A DNA stretch of 64,000 nucleotides from Nemertoderma westbladi (taxonomy: Eukaryota; Animalia; Xenacoelomorpha), in NCBI GenBank assembly GCA_032718475.1, contig JAUCBJ010008372.1, positions 23,144 through 87,143 of the forward strand. Direction: 5' to 3'. Positions 39,921 through 52,059 of the stretch are shown here, one piece after another. How positions within the stretch are numbered: position 1 is the first letter of the stretch; each line of letters opens with the position of its first letter. Below the pieces are notes generated by a model, which had not been told where the DNA came from, did not search any database, and saw only the letters and a list, made by a program, of their open reading frames with translations. The position numbers were made by a program, and so were the translations under genes.

Positions 39921-40490
39921 ATTATTGAAGGATCATTATTGTGAGCTAACCCTATTCCTTTATATTAATTATTTGTATTTATTGAAGGATCATTATTGTG
40001 AGCTAACCCTATTCCTTTATATTAATTATTTGTATTTATTGAAGGATCATTATTGTGAGCTAACCCTATTCCTTTATATTAATTATTTGTATTTATTGAA
40101 GGATCATTATTGTGAGCTAACCCTATTCCTTTATATTAATTATTTGTATTTATTGAAGGATCATTATTGTGAGCTAACCCTATTCCTTTATATTAATTAT
40201 TTGTATTTATTGAAGGATCATTATTGTGAGCTAACCCTATTCCTTTATATTAATTATTTGTATTTATTGAAGGATCATTATTGTGAGCTAACCCTATTCC
40301 TTTATATTAATTATTTGTATTTATTGAAGGATCATTATTGTGAGCTAACCCTATTCCTTTATATTAATTATTTGTATTTATTGAAGGATCATTATTGTGA
40401 GCTAACCCTATTCCTTTATATTAATTATTTGTATTTATTGAAGGATCATTATTGTGAGCTAACCCTATTCCTTTATATTAATTATTTGTA
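39921..40490. repeat. 57-bp tandem repeat, about 10 essentially identical copies
   Basis: TTGAAGGATCATTATTGTGAGCTAACCCTATTCCTTTATATTAATTATTTGTATTTA repeated. Confidence 0.97.
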
Positions 40491-40709
40491 ATTATTCGGT
40501 TTAATTGATGCGATTTAATTGGATTGTGTCCCAGTTATTTATATTTAGTCATAATAAAGAAATTATGTAAATATTAATAACATCTTAATATATAGAAAGC
40601 TATGGGGAGGGGGGGGGGGGGGTGTGGGGTGTAAGTTAGTCTGTTTCATTGGGGAGGGAGAGGGGGGGGGGGGGGGTACTAAAGACCATAGACCACCCCG
40701 TAGAGTCCC

Positions 40710-41790
40710 TTGTTGTTAGTGAGTGAGGGGTCCATGGTCCCCATAATGGAGGCCGCATTTCCGACCAGTTTCGGTGGAAGGGTGAGAGCGGGGCTCCTGT
40801 GTAACAGAGTGGAGTCTTGCCCCGATCTCCTTCATGAATTCGGATGTTTCAGGGCCGGGGCAGCCCCAGGTCTCGTAGGCTACCGGGTGGAAGTGGTGGC
40901 CCTGGTCCATGAGTTCCTGGTATGGTACTTTTGGATCTTTAGAGATTCCGCTTCCTTTGCAGTGCGGCCCTCTGGTGGAGATCGTCTGGGCGAGGTGGCT
41001 GGGCACCAGTGGGTCCACCACCGTTGCGTCACATGTGAGGAACCATCCGTGGCTCTACGGGACCAGGGTGATGCCATATACTCACTTCCCATCCCTGACT
41101 CGCTGAAATCGCCTCCGATTTGCAGGACATTGATTTTGCCGTGAGGGACCAGCCAGTGCATAATCTTGTACTTTGGCAGCCTCATGGAGTGAATAAGCAT
41201 GGTGGACAGCATCTTGAGACGCATCTTAAAGGACACTGGCCTTGAAGATGCGGATGATCTAGCAAATGTCATGGGTGATAGGGAGTTGTGGCGGCACAAT
41301 TTTGTCGACAAGCCGGCACAGCATTCTTAAAAATGCAGCTGCAATGCAGCATGCCGATACTAGTAGGGCACAGCTGTGGGGCCTCAGTCAGCCTGCAGCC
41401 AAGTCGAGTACCGATCAAGATCCATAACTGCGAGTCCGTCAGCTTCAGTCCCCAGAGAGCTAACAGGGATGGCATCAAGCCAGCAGCTTGTGGAGGAATG
41501 GCCAGGGAACCTTGCCACCCTGGATGGTGGGAGGGACTTCTGCAGGGCTGTTAGCCTGGCGTCGTGGACAGGGTCAGGAAGGCCCATTGTTTGGTGGACG
41601 CGAGTGGGAAGGTAGCGGGGACAGGTAGCGTCACTGTCGGTGGTGGTGGTGTTGTGGGTGGTGGTGGTGGCAGGGGCACTAATAGTCTCTATTACGTCAG
41701 GTGTGGTGACGTTTAATTGCTGACTGGACTCGTCAGCAGTCTCACATTGTTCTGTTACCGGAACGTCGGTATTTGTTGTTTGACTCATTT
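40710..41790 (-). mobile_element. Decayed, internally deleted CRE-like non-LTR retrotransposon (restriction-like endonuclease C-terminus), interrupted by an RTE piece
   Basis: WLDAIPVSSLG/LKL..IGTRLG, DPLVPSHL, K..KY, FHPVAYETWG..GPE..EIGARL; frameshifted; near-paralogous to 46651-47030. Confidence 0.65.
41105..41310 (+). mobile_element. 3' end of the RTE-clade LINE, nested in the CRE-like fragment
   Basis: AATCGCCTCCGATTTGCAGGACATTG matches the reverse complement of ~48480-48525; encodes RLRFAGH..DQPV.NLVLWQP and DTGLED..LANVMGDRELWR. Confidence 0.8.
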
Positions 41791-44414
41791 TCGGGATTTT
41801 ATATTTTATATTGATTAAAATTTTTTAATTTAAATTTTAATTCAATTTAATGAAATTCTTTGCTTGTTGTAATAGTTTACAAATTATTACACCAATTTAA
41901 TTGTGAATTCAAATAAAACAAACTTTCACAACTCAATTAATTTATAACTTTTTTATATTTATTTTATTTCATAAAATATATCCTTGGCTCGACTTTATGA
42001 GACCCTGGATGGTGGGACAATAAGATACAACAAAGGGAAGTAATTTAAAATCGTACTTAAAAAATTACAACACCAAATTTATTTTGTTTGCACAAGTGCC
42101 ACAAATACTGTGCATAAGTATTTTAACAAACCTTCAAACAGCCACAAATAAACTATAGATCCCACAAGCACAATCCTATCGACACTACGACCAACCTGTG
42201 ATTGATGCTAACGACGCCGTCCCACGTCCCAACCTCGTCAATGATCAGTTCACTTGCGTTCCAAGTCAAACGTCCCCAGATCCCGGATTGGTTGCGGTGA
42301 TGAAAGTGATGTTCCTGTAAGTTGTATTAGAGAATTAGGTGGCTGTCTGGTAGATTTACACTAAATTTATCGTAACAATTTCGACCGAAATATAAATTCT
42401 TAATTTCTTATAAATCTTATAATGCAGCCCTTTTTGTCTATACAAACTTTCAAACTCGATAGAAACTTTACTCAATGGCGGCGCTATAGCAACTCTGTGA
42501 TTTATTTATAAATTTTTACAAAGCAAATCAGCTAAGAATTGGCTAAAAAGATTTCGCTAAAGCACATTGCAGATTTATTAACATAATAATAACCACTGTT
42601 GAATACGTATCAAAATTATCGCAATACGTATCAGTTTCGAAAGAAAACAAAACAATAAACCGGTCTATATAAAGCTCAACAAGGAATCTCCAGTTGGTGA
42701 GGAATCCCTGCTAATATTATCAACCTTTAATACAATTTACTAGCGTGATGGCCCCTTATCCACCACACATACTGCAAACTAAACTGCCGATAGGTAAGGG
42801 TTGTATCGAGTACAATTTGTAAACAAACAAAATATAAACACAATTTATCATAAATTTTCCTGCTATAACAAATTCTCTATATTTCTATACACCGCACCGC
42901 TGTCGACGGTAGTAAAGGAAGGAAATTATAACGCAATACTAAACCTGGTTATCTCGTGAATAAATTTGCCGATATTCTCTAATTTTTCGCTTCTATTCTG
43001 TAAAGTAACTGTAAGAGTGTCAAAGTAATGATTGTGAGAGATGATTAACACTATCTAAATACCCCAAATACATTTACTGCTGGACTGTGAATAATGCTGT
43101 AGCTGAAATTTGGTATATAAGCTTACTCACCCCAAACAAAAGGTCAAAATAATTAAAGATGAAGTGAAATGAATGTTAGTATCCCAATGAGACCCAAACC
43201 TAAGCCAAAACGATGAGCGCTGATATACCAAATATATCTACACACTCACCCTTTTGCACTTCCGTGCTGCCTGTGTGGTTATTATGATGGGGTATCCCGG
43301 TTCAAATTGGCCCAAAACACAAGTACAGGAAAAATAGTTAAAGCACCAGTTATCCTAATAGAATTGTGTACATCAACCTAATGAGACCCCCACCCCCATC
43401 CCCTTGTGGCTTACCCAGCCCAACTTACTGCCCTTATGTTTCACTCGTGTTGTATGATATAATCCATCCTGTAGTCCTGTGGCTCCCGCAGTCGGCCGGT
43501 ACGGCTCGACCTCCTCACTCCATAATTATCATTATTCGGCGGAGAATGTGCCGCTCATGTGTAAAAACTACAGGTTTGAATTCCGAACCGATCACCGGGT
43601 GTCTTTATTCCACCATTTTGATTCACAAAATCACCAACACAAACAAAACACAATTAGGGTTAATACATATATGTATATGTTACGTTTTTACGGTACAAAA
43701 TCAGAACATAATATCAGAGTAATTCAATACAATCTGAAGAAATTCAATATAAATTCTCGAAGAATAATCAATATAACAACATATCATATAACAACAAAAC
43801 TGGTTTTTACCGGTTCCAGTAAGTTCTCGTTGACATTGCATAAAAATTCAGTAAACCGGTTTTTACTTGGATATGAGTAGCTACTAGTTTTCTTATTCGT
43901 CCGCAGCAAACAGATAAATGGCCAATCACAGCGCCCTTCTTATCACCTACATGGAAGGGGCCTGGCGCATGCGCATAACGAGAGTTCAAACATAAATAGC
44001 ATCTAAATCAATTTGTAAGGGCCACCCGTTTAGGTATAAAATTGGACAAATTACAGTATTGATGTAGAAATTCTGTATCAACATTCGTTTAGATCCACCT
44101 TATTTACTGCGGTTTCAATACAGATATAAACTTGATTAAATATTTCCTAGTTTTCAATAAAATTCGGAATTCAAAATCGTCAATAAATTAGCCATAAATA
44201 ATATCGTAAAAATAAACGAGTTTTTCATGTATAGCTACTGCAGTACGTACAGAGTTTAACATATTTACTGTTTTGATTCACACTATTTATTTTATAACAT
44301 TATTTATGACATCATTATGACATTATTTATGTACCGTTTATAACTTACCGTTTATTTATTAATTAACTTTATATTTTCTATTTGGTCAATATTATTAATC
44401 ATACAACAATAATA

Positions 44415-44745
44415 TGTTCAGCATACTTGCAGCATAAGGGTTCTCTGAGCGCCAAAGGAAATTATTGCAGTTATCCGACCACTGTACGATGGTTCCACCA
44501 CATTAGTGTCTCCTGCTGATGGTGGTGACACAGATCCATTCGAAGTCTTATGGGGAGTCCTTCACTGTGACACACTTGCACCCTTTATACTCGTAATTGT
44601 GGTTGACTATGTTATACGCATGTCCTTAGATCATCATAACTAACTGATCTGATGTACCTAACTGATCTAGACTTTGCTGATGACTTAGGGGTACTGTCAG
44701 AATCACTAGAAGGAGCCCAAAGGTTCCTCTGTTCATTGGGGCAGA
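44415..44745 (+). mobile_element. RTE-clade reverse transcriptase core fragment
   Basis: EIIAVIRPLYDGSTT, GVLHCDTLAPFILVIVVDYV (degenerate QG motif), LTDLDFADDL. Confidence 0.82.
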
Positions 44746-45150
44746 ATCGCTCTATATTAATATGTATCTCATAACTGAACCCCGTGCTGCGCGAAGGCCC
44801 CACGAACGTGTTTAAAGTTGTTTTAATGGCTCCTGAAATAGTTACTCTTGTATTTTTAAGCTGCAATATGGCATTTTGAAACCAGCTGATGGCGTTGATA
44901 GGTACCCAGTTTAAAACCAATCAGGAAATACAGTAGTGATTCTAGTTTTTTTTAAGGGCTCCTGTAACTTACTATTCTTTATAAAGTGATAGTTAGAAAT
45001 CCTAGAGCTGGGTCATTGCGGCAAATTATAATATAAAACCACAATAATATTTAAGAAATAATAGGCCGTACCACCTGAATACCTACAGTATATCAATTGG
45101 TGCAATAATCAGTATAGCAGTAGTTCATAGGAGGTAGTGCGTATAGTTTC

Positions 45151-47605
45151 TATAGGGGCTGTTGCGCTGTCAGTCAGAGAGGTAACAGCCCATGGGGTAA
45201 GGATTTACCCATGGGGCGCTAACTATCAGATAGTCTGATACCAACTGTCAGACAGTCTTTTTCAACTATCAGATAGATGATCGCCCAGTTACAAGTTGCC
45301 CGATAGTTGTATTTTTTAAACCCCGAGTGTTGTTGACGGATTCTGTTACTTCCGAAATCGTTGATCGTGGTGCCGGTGCCGGAATTCTGGCTTTGATTAA
45401 AAACACTGAACTGCTGAACGATGGCGGAATCTACGAAACCCGGCCGGATTCCTAATCCGAGGAAGCGACGGAGTCAATTAAACGTAAACAATGAAACGAT
45501 CGCGATGGACAACGGAATGTATATTCAATCCATAACGATACAATGGCGACGGAGTCTCTATTACAGTATTAAACACGCAACCAAAGCGATCAGACGATGG
45601 CGAGGTAATCTACAAAACACAGAATGACAGGAAGGCGACGGAGTTTATTAAACCCAGTAAGATGGTGCATAGCGAAGCGATCGAGACGGATAACGGAGTC
45701 TATTACAGTATTAAACCTGGAACGAAGACGATGGAGTCTGTGTTCCAAACTAAACCTGGAACAAGGCTACCGGTACTGTAAAGTTAGACTAGACCGTAGA
45801 CTGGTTTGTGAGATTAACTTGCCAATACTAACTCAATACAATTTGCTTTCTTCGAATTCCTAATAATATATTTTAATCTTAATAATAATTATTCAACATC
45901 AATTATTTTATAAGTCTTGTCAATGTATAAGATTGCTAAAGACTAAAGAGCTAACTTTAGGATAATCTGCCTTATATTTTTAGAATGATTATAATTAATT
46001 TTGTTATGTTTATAATGAATTGTATCTTTTGACAGACTACTTGGTGCGCGACCGTGATAATAAAATTAAATGGTGCCGAAATATTTTCACTTACTTAAGA
46101 GCAGGGGGGGGGGGGGGGGGGGGCAATCAATATTCTTCCCTCTCCAGGTGAAAATCGACACAAATAACAGCTTGTTTACTACTAAAATAAAACTGCATCC
46201 TGGAAACAACATTATAGGGGAAATTTTAGCAAGTTGTGTTTATTTTAGCCGATAGACAAGATTACATGTTTACCAAGATTGGTATAATTTAGTCAAGGAT
46301 TGAATGAGTTACGATTTTAAATTATCAGTGGAGGGTGAAGGCGGTGGGCCAGGATTCAGTTTTACTTGAATAAAGAATAGTGTTTAAACCAAGGGATACG
46401 CGATATATGACACTGCTGTATTGATTTCGAAACATTTAATTCAAAACTATATAAATGTTAATATAATTTTGGATTTTTTTTTGTAATAATTAACAGATGA
46501 ATTATATTTCATTCATTTATTTTTTTTTATCTTATCACATTATTAAATAACGAAGCACAGAAATAATAGGTACTAAGATTGAATTGAAGGTACAGTACCG
46601 AATTGAATATTTGAGATTGTATAAGATAGAGTATTGAATATCTTCGGCCGTCATCCCGTTGGTGACTCCATTGGCAACCATTTCGACAGTTTCGGCTCTT
46701 CAGTCCCTGAATAGACCGATGGTCGGTGTGGTTGCTGTCCCCATGACTGAGTCTGCATTACCAACCAAAATTGCCATCTCCAGGCGTTGGAGCAGAAACT
46801 GGTGTGACCGCGGTTCGTGGGTGGCACTGTGGAGACGAGCCCCGATCTCCCGGAGGAAGGTGGATGTCTCTGGACCAGGGCGGCCAAAGGTCTCAAAGGC
46901 CACGGGGTGAAATAAATGGCCCCGGTCCATTAGGTCGCGATACTTAGAGTTTTTAATGCGCTCCGCCCCCTCAGCTGAGTGCCCCCCGGCAATGATGGTT
47001 TGTTGAAGGTGGCTGGGGGCCAGTGGATCTAGTAATAATTATCGCAAAGATATGATAAGCAGATAAGGTAGGCCTACGTGATATTAGTTTCTCAAACCAA
47101 AGCTATCCATCCATCTGTCCATTGACGTCCAAATATATCCAATTTCTCAATCCATACTAATCAGTATGTAATAATGTACACTGTAATGCAATAATGTCAA
47201 TGTCCAACCAAACAATGAGTTGACTGTTATCGGACACGGACCAGCCTCCGAGAAATGTTAGGCTAACGTCACCTCGCTCTGTCGCATCAGTTTTTGTAGT
47301 GGTCTAGTTCCAGCTTCCAGGCTACCAGAATCCGTTAGTGGATGATATAGAATCAGCACATCCTGACATCTGTGCAACTCCTGAACTCAGGCGAGCATTT
47401 TACATATGGTGGTCTAATTTATATGGTGTTGTACCGCGAAACCGTGTATTATTTACAGATGTAGGCTAAATTTTGGGTCTTGTACCGTGCACAGTACTGG
47501 TGGGCCTACACAGCTACTGCTATTTTGCCTAATACAGGTCCCAGAGGTAAATCCTTACCCCATGGGCTGTTACCTCTCTGACAGACAGCGCAACAGCCCT
47601 CTCTC
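45151..47605. mobile_element. Non-autonomous TIR element, Mutator-like (~2.45 kb)
   Basis: ~55-bp TIRs (GGGCTGTTGCGCTGTCAGTCAGAGAGGTAACAGCCCATGGGGTAAGGATTTACC at ~45156-45209, inverted at 47546-47599); 9-bp direct repeat TATAGTTTC at 45142-45150 and 47606-47614. The outermost few bases do not match. Confidence 0.7.
46640..47030 (-). mobile_element. 5'-truncated CRE-like retrotransposon 3' end (RLE domain)
   Basis: DPLAPSHL..AEGAERIKNSKYRDL..FHPVAFETFG.PGPE..FLREIG.RL..QRLEMAILVGNA. Confidence 0.7.
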
Positions 47606-48460
47606 TATAGTTTCAGTAGTGTGGTAGTACAGTCTAGTTGCTTGAATAATAGCCTGTTGGCCGAAATATCGCAACAACCTTATTTATTTTATATGTCACT
47701 AGTATTGGTCTTTACCCCACCTATATTGACAATATGATTAGAACAGTGACCTGGGCACGGAACTACCAATTAATATTATCTGGTATTGGATTATGATCTA
47801 CTGAAGGAATAATATATTCTATCGGATATTGTGTGAAAGTATTAATATATTGTGTGGTATTATAAATATATACTTTATTCGATTAGTGATAGTATTAGTA
47901 TAACCTTATTATTTTATAACATTTCTCGGCGAACTTTAAACTTACTGTAAGGGTTAATAAATTTCCTAGAAATAAATTTGATACAGGATATAAAATTTGA
48001 AATTTTTATGTATTAATTTAAATAAAAATTTTACAATAAAAACTAGTTCTAGTTAAACTAGTTCTAGTCAAACTAGTTAATTTAATTACTTTAATTATCA
48101 ACCGCTGTATTTCGGTATTAATAAAAATTAATTTTAACCATAAAACTTAAATATTAATAATTATAAAATCAAATATTTAATACATGGCAGTACTAATAAT
48201 TAACAATACATATAATAGAATAAAACAAGAGACAAACTATAATAACAATAATAGTAAGTATTACACACTCCTAGCATACAAACTAGTTTAATATGTATAT
48301 TAAATGTTTAAATTTATTATAGAAAATACTAGTAAATCTAGCAAGCCTTATACTTAATACATACATAATACTTACATAATTAATGTAGGTACTCTAAAAA
48401 TAAAATAAAAACAGTTGGTTTTTTATATTTTTTAAGTCCAACACCAAAATGAACGTATCT

Positions 48461-48875
48461 TTATATCCTCACGGCGAACTGGTCCTCACGGCGAAAGCAA
48501 TGTCCTGCAAAGCGGAGGCGATTTTGTTCTAGTGTCAAGCTTGGGGGAACCAATGAGACACCTCCAATGTTATATAGTGTCTGGTTGGAGATGTGTGCAT
48601 TGTACTTGACACAATGAACACGGCGTAGCATTCTTGTGAATGTGCCATCCAGAGATTTGGTGTCCTCAGCAGTTAGAGCCCAGCATGGGCTCCCATAGAG
48701 GAGTACTGGAACTACTGCTGCTCTAAATAATCGAACCTTAAGTTTCTGATTAATTCTCGGTGACTCCCAAATCTTGGAAAGCTTATTCAAGGCGGCCCAT
48801 GCCTTTCCCTTACGTATTCGAAGGTCCTCACCTGACTTCCGGATCCATGATCCTAGGTAATAGACGTCGTCGACA
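48461..48875 (-). mobile_element. RTE-clade LINE C-terminal fragment
   Basis: YLGSWI..RKGKAWAALNKLSKIW..KVRLFRAAVVPVLLYGS..W..LDGTFTRMLRR..RLRFAGHC. Confidence 0.87.
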
Positions 48876-48933
48876 TATAAGTTGAATATAAGTAGAACTC
48901 CACAATACTAATCCACTATCGATATTCTATAAT

Positions 48934-49308
48934 TTAGTTTTAGTTTTCTGCCTGGAGCTGGACTGTATGGTGTGTGGTGTGGTGTCTGTATGTGATCCTA
49001 AAGAGTGAACATATATGGTTGAGCGACTAGTTTTAGTTTTATGCCTGGAGCTGGACTGTATGGTGTGGTGTGGTGTCTGTATGTGATCCTAAAGAGTGAA
49101 CATATATGGTAGACCGACTAGTTTTAGTTTTATGCCTGGAGCTGGACTCTATGGTGTGGTGTGGTGTCTGTATGTGATCCTAAAGAGTGAACATATATGG
49201 TTGAGCGACTAGTTTTAGTTTTATGCCTGGAGCTGGACTGTATGGTGTGGTGTGGTGTGTGTATGTGATCCTAAAGAGTGAACATATATGGTTGAGCGAC
49301 TAGTTTTG
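48934..49308. repeat. ~90-bp tandem repeat, 4 copies
   Basis: TAGTTTTAGTTTTATGCCTGGAGCTGGACTGTATGGTGTGG...CCTAAAGAGTGAACATATATGGTTGAGCGAC. Confidence 0.95.
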
Positions 49309-49456
49309 GTTATGTTAGGTTTATGTTCTTCTAGCATTGGATGTATCAGTAGCTTAGCTGGTGACCTATGCTGATAGGTTTGGAATGCAACTGTGTGCTT
49401 TCGATTTTCGCCATCCGTTTGGCAAGCTAGTTGAGATACGTCTGTCTAATTGTCTG

Positions 49457-49745
49457 TACATTTATTATATAGGAAGGGATCTAGGGGTCTTAACCTCAAA
49501 TGATAAGTTTATTTTACCGAAAACATCTTATCTTTTATTGGCGCAATTGTAGGACTAATCCCATCACATGCGTACTTTTTAACCGGGTAGTGTACAAATT
49601 TAGGAATGGCGTAATTGTTCTTGAAATTAATATCTCATAACTCTGCAAACCACGTACATAAAAAGATAAAAGATAAGTTATTTTCGGTAAAATAAACTTA
49701 TCATTCGAGGTTAAGACCCCTAGATCACTTCCTATAATAAATGTA
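49457..49745. mobile_element. MITE with ~80-bp inverted repeats, TA-flanked (Tc1/mariner-type by TSD)
   Basis: TACATTTATTAT..AGGAAGGGATCTAGGGGTCTTAACCTC..TTTTACCGAAAA pairs with TTTTCGGTAAAA..GAGGTTAAGACCCCTAGATCACTTCCTATAATAAATGTA. Confidence 0.75.
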
Positions 49746-50023
49746 TAATAACAAATACCTCGATAAATACAGCTTGCCAACACATTGTTGCTATCAATAA
49801 TTGTCTGTAGTGTGTTCTGTTCAATAGGCCCAAGAGTCAGACTCTATCAGCAGTCAAATGAACCTGTAATAGTTGACCTACAATAATCTTGTGTCTAGCA
49901 GGATGTATACAGGGTAAGGACAGGCAGATCACCGCCAATAAATAATTCTGGCTTATTCTCTCTCTGCTGCATTACAAAACTCGATCCAATTGGCCACTCG
50001 GCAACAAATCATTTATCATTGAT

Positions 50024-50438
50024 AGAGTCCCGGACCGAACCCAGGGGGTGGACAGAGAGCCGGACCGAACCAAAGGGGCGGACAGAGTCCCGGACCGAAC
50101 CCAGGGGGTGGACAGAGAGCCGGACCGAACCAAGGGGGCGGACAGAGTCCCGGATCGAACAAGGGGGCGGAAAGAGTCCCGGAACGAACCCAGGGGGTGG
50201 ACAGAGACCCGGGCCGAACCAAGGGGGCGGACAGAGTCCCGTAACGAACCCAGGGGGTGGAGAGAGACCCGGGCCGAATCAAGGGGGCGGACAGAGTCCC
50301 GGAACGAACCCAGGGGGTGGACAGAGACCCGGGCCGAACCAAGGGGGCGGACAGAGTCCCGTAACGAACCCAGGGGGTGGACAGAGACCCGGGCCGAATC
50401 AAGGGGGCGGACAGAGTCCCGGAACGAACCCAGGGGGT
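50024..50438. repeat. GC-rich 30-bp minisatellite with alternating variants (60/120-bp higher order)
   Basis: GAGTCCCGGACCGAACCCAGGGGGTGGACA alternating with ..GAACCAAGGGGGCGGACA. Confidence 0.95.
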
Positions 50439-50469
50439 TCGATGAAAGTTCAAATGATGAAAGTTCACT

Positions 50470-50745
50470 TACTCAAAAATGGTACGCAATGGTGATGGAA
50501 GCTTTGCAGGGCAACCTAAATAGTTAAGAGATTATTGGGAGGTGGTGAAATCAATAGGGCCAGGATATGGGTATTTCCCATATCATATGAAATCTACTTT
50601 ATCGTAAAGGAAGAGCACAGAGCTCAGGCAGAGGCGATTATAGCAGGAACCGGCATCCAACTTCCCTATGGACACCGGGTACTTGGATCTGTAATAGGAT
50701 CTCAGCCAGCCTGTCAGACATTCATATCACAGCGAGTCGGCAGTA
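50470..50745 (+). mobile_element. Decayed CRE-like reverse transcriptase fragment
   Basis: Across frames: QKWYA(D)DG.., IGPGYGYFP, IVKEEH..A..IAGTGI, GHRVLGSVIGS. Confidence 0.6.
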
Positions 50746-50814
50746 GTATGGTAAACAACTTAAATGAAACAGCGTCTGCCATAGTCTACCATGTCGAACG
50801 GCTCTTGCCCCGCC

Positions 50815-51096
50815 TACTTACTATGATTACCATTAGGCAGATGGCGGAAAGAAAACCCATTGGAAAGATTATGTGTTTTTTGCACACTAAATGCAATAGA
50901 GGACGAAATGCATTTCATCCTGATCTGCCCAGCTTATGCGGAACTACGATTGCAATTAATACCCGAAACTTTTTGGCGAGACCCAACGAAACAAAATTAC
51001 CGCCAATTGTTGTCAACGAACTCCAAATCAGCCCTTGTAAATCTGAGCCTGTTCATTTATAAGGCGATGAAAATCAGAAATGAAACTAACAAATAA
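50815..51096 (+). mobile_element. LINE 3' end with C-terminal zinc-binding motif (clade uncertain, RTEX-like)
   Basis: GRW..ERLCVFCTLNAIEDEMHFILICPAYAELR, the common R.C..C..EDE.HF..C..Y..R LINE ORF2 tail. Confidence 0.75.
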
Positions 51097-52059
51097 TTAT
51101 TTCTATTTTCTAACAATATTAATATTTCATCTATTAACTTAAATTTTTGTGTGTTTCATTTTCATTGTTGATTTATGCATTGGGGTCACGGCGCTAAGTA
51201 GAAATATAATGTATCTATTATACATTGAAGTATACGAACACGACTATTAATGATAAATAGAATATTGTTTCCTTATACGGTGTAACTCAGATTATAGATA
51301 GGATAATTTCGCTATTCTGTCCTACCTTCTAAGAAATTGTTATTTATAATAGTTCAGCTGGTGTACTGATCGATTAATTTATATTACAGGGTGTCTACCG
51401 GTAAAGTGCAACAATTACATTAATTTGTATGTTGAAATAATAAATAATAATAATGTAATACCATTGTGTCACCCCGCCCACTTACTATGGTTACCATTGT
51501 GCATATGTAACATATGTCACCACTGTGTATATGTGACATATGTGGTATAAGGCCAGTCCACAGACGGAAGTAATTTAATTAATTCGTGTCTACCGGTTGG
51601 CGTTTGACCTTGAACCGCAATAGGTAAAACCTAATATAGTAAGTGGCTCGCAGACGTTTGTTATAAAGTGATAGACTATTACAGACGCAACAACTAAAAA
51701 AGGGTGCTACCAATATTGTCAAGCAATAAGTTGTGGGGGCGAGCCGCGAAGTGAGAATAAGGTATTTATAATATTATTTTTATTTTGATTATTCTACTTA
51801 TATGGGGAGGGGGCGACCCGTGAAGTGTGTGAAAGCATATAGGTGTCACCGGCGAGTTGCCTTATCGCCATCTGTCGCCACCATAAATTTTTGATTGCTA
51901 ATAACTCAGTTATTTCGTGATTTGATGAAAAAATGGGGCGAGCCATGAAGCGAGTGAAGCCTTAGCATATGGGTTAAGGTTATAGTATTTATAATATAAT
52001 TTTAATTTGATTATTCTACCTCTGGGGCGAGCCATGAAGTGAGTGATAGCATCAAAGTA

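Noticed and set aside
39925-40491. 188-aa ORF in the 57-bp repeat
   Set aside because: Unit length divisible by three, TTG start, no synonymous variation.
43915-43980. CCAAT plus GCGCATGCGC promoter-like motifs
   Set aside because: No associated gene or element boundary identifiable; may be a transposon remnant.
50016-50527. Pro/Gly/Arg-rich ORFs on both strands
   Set aside because: Artefacts of the GC-rich 30-bp minisatellite.
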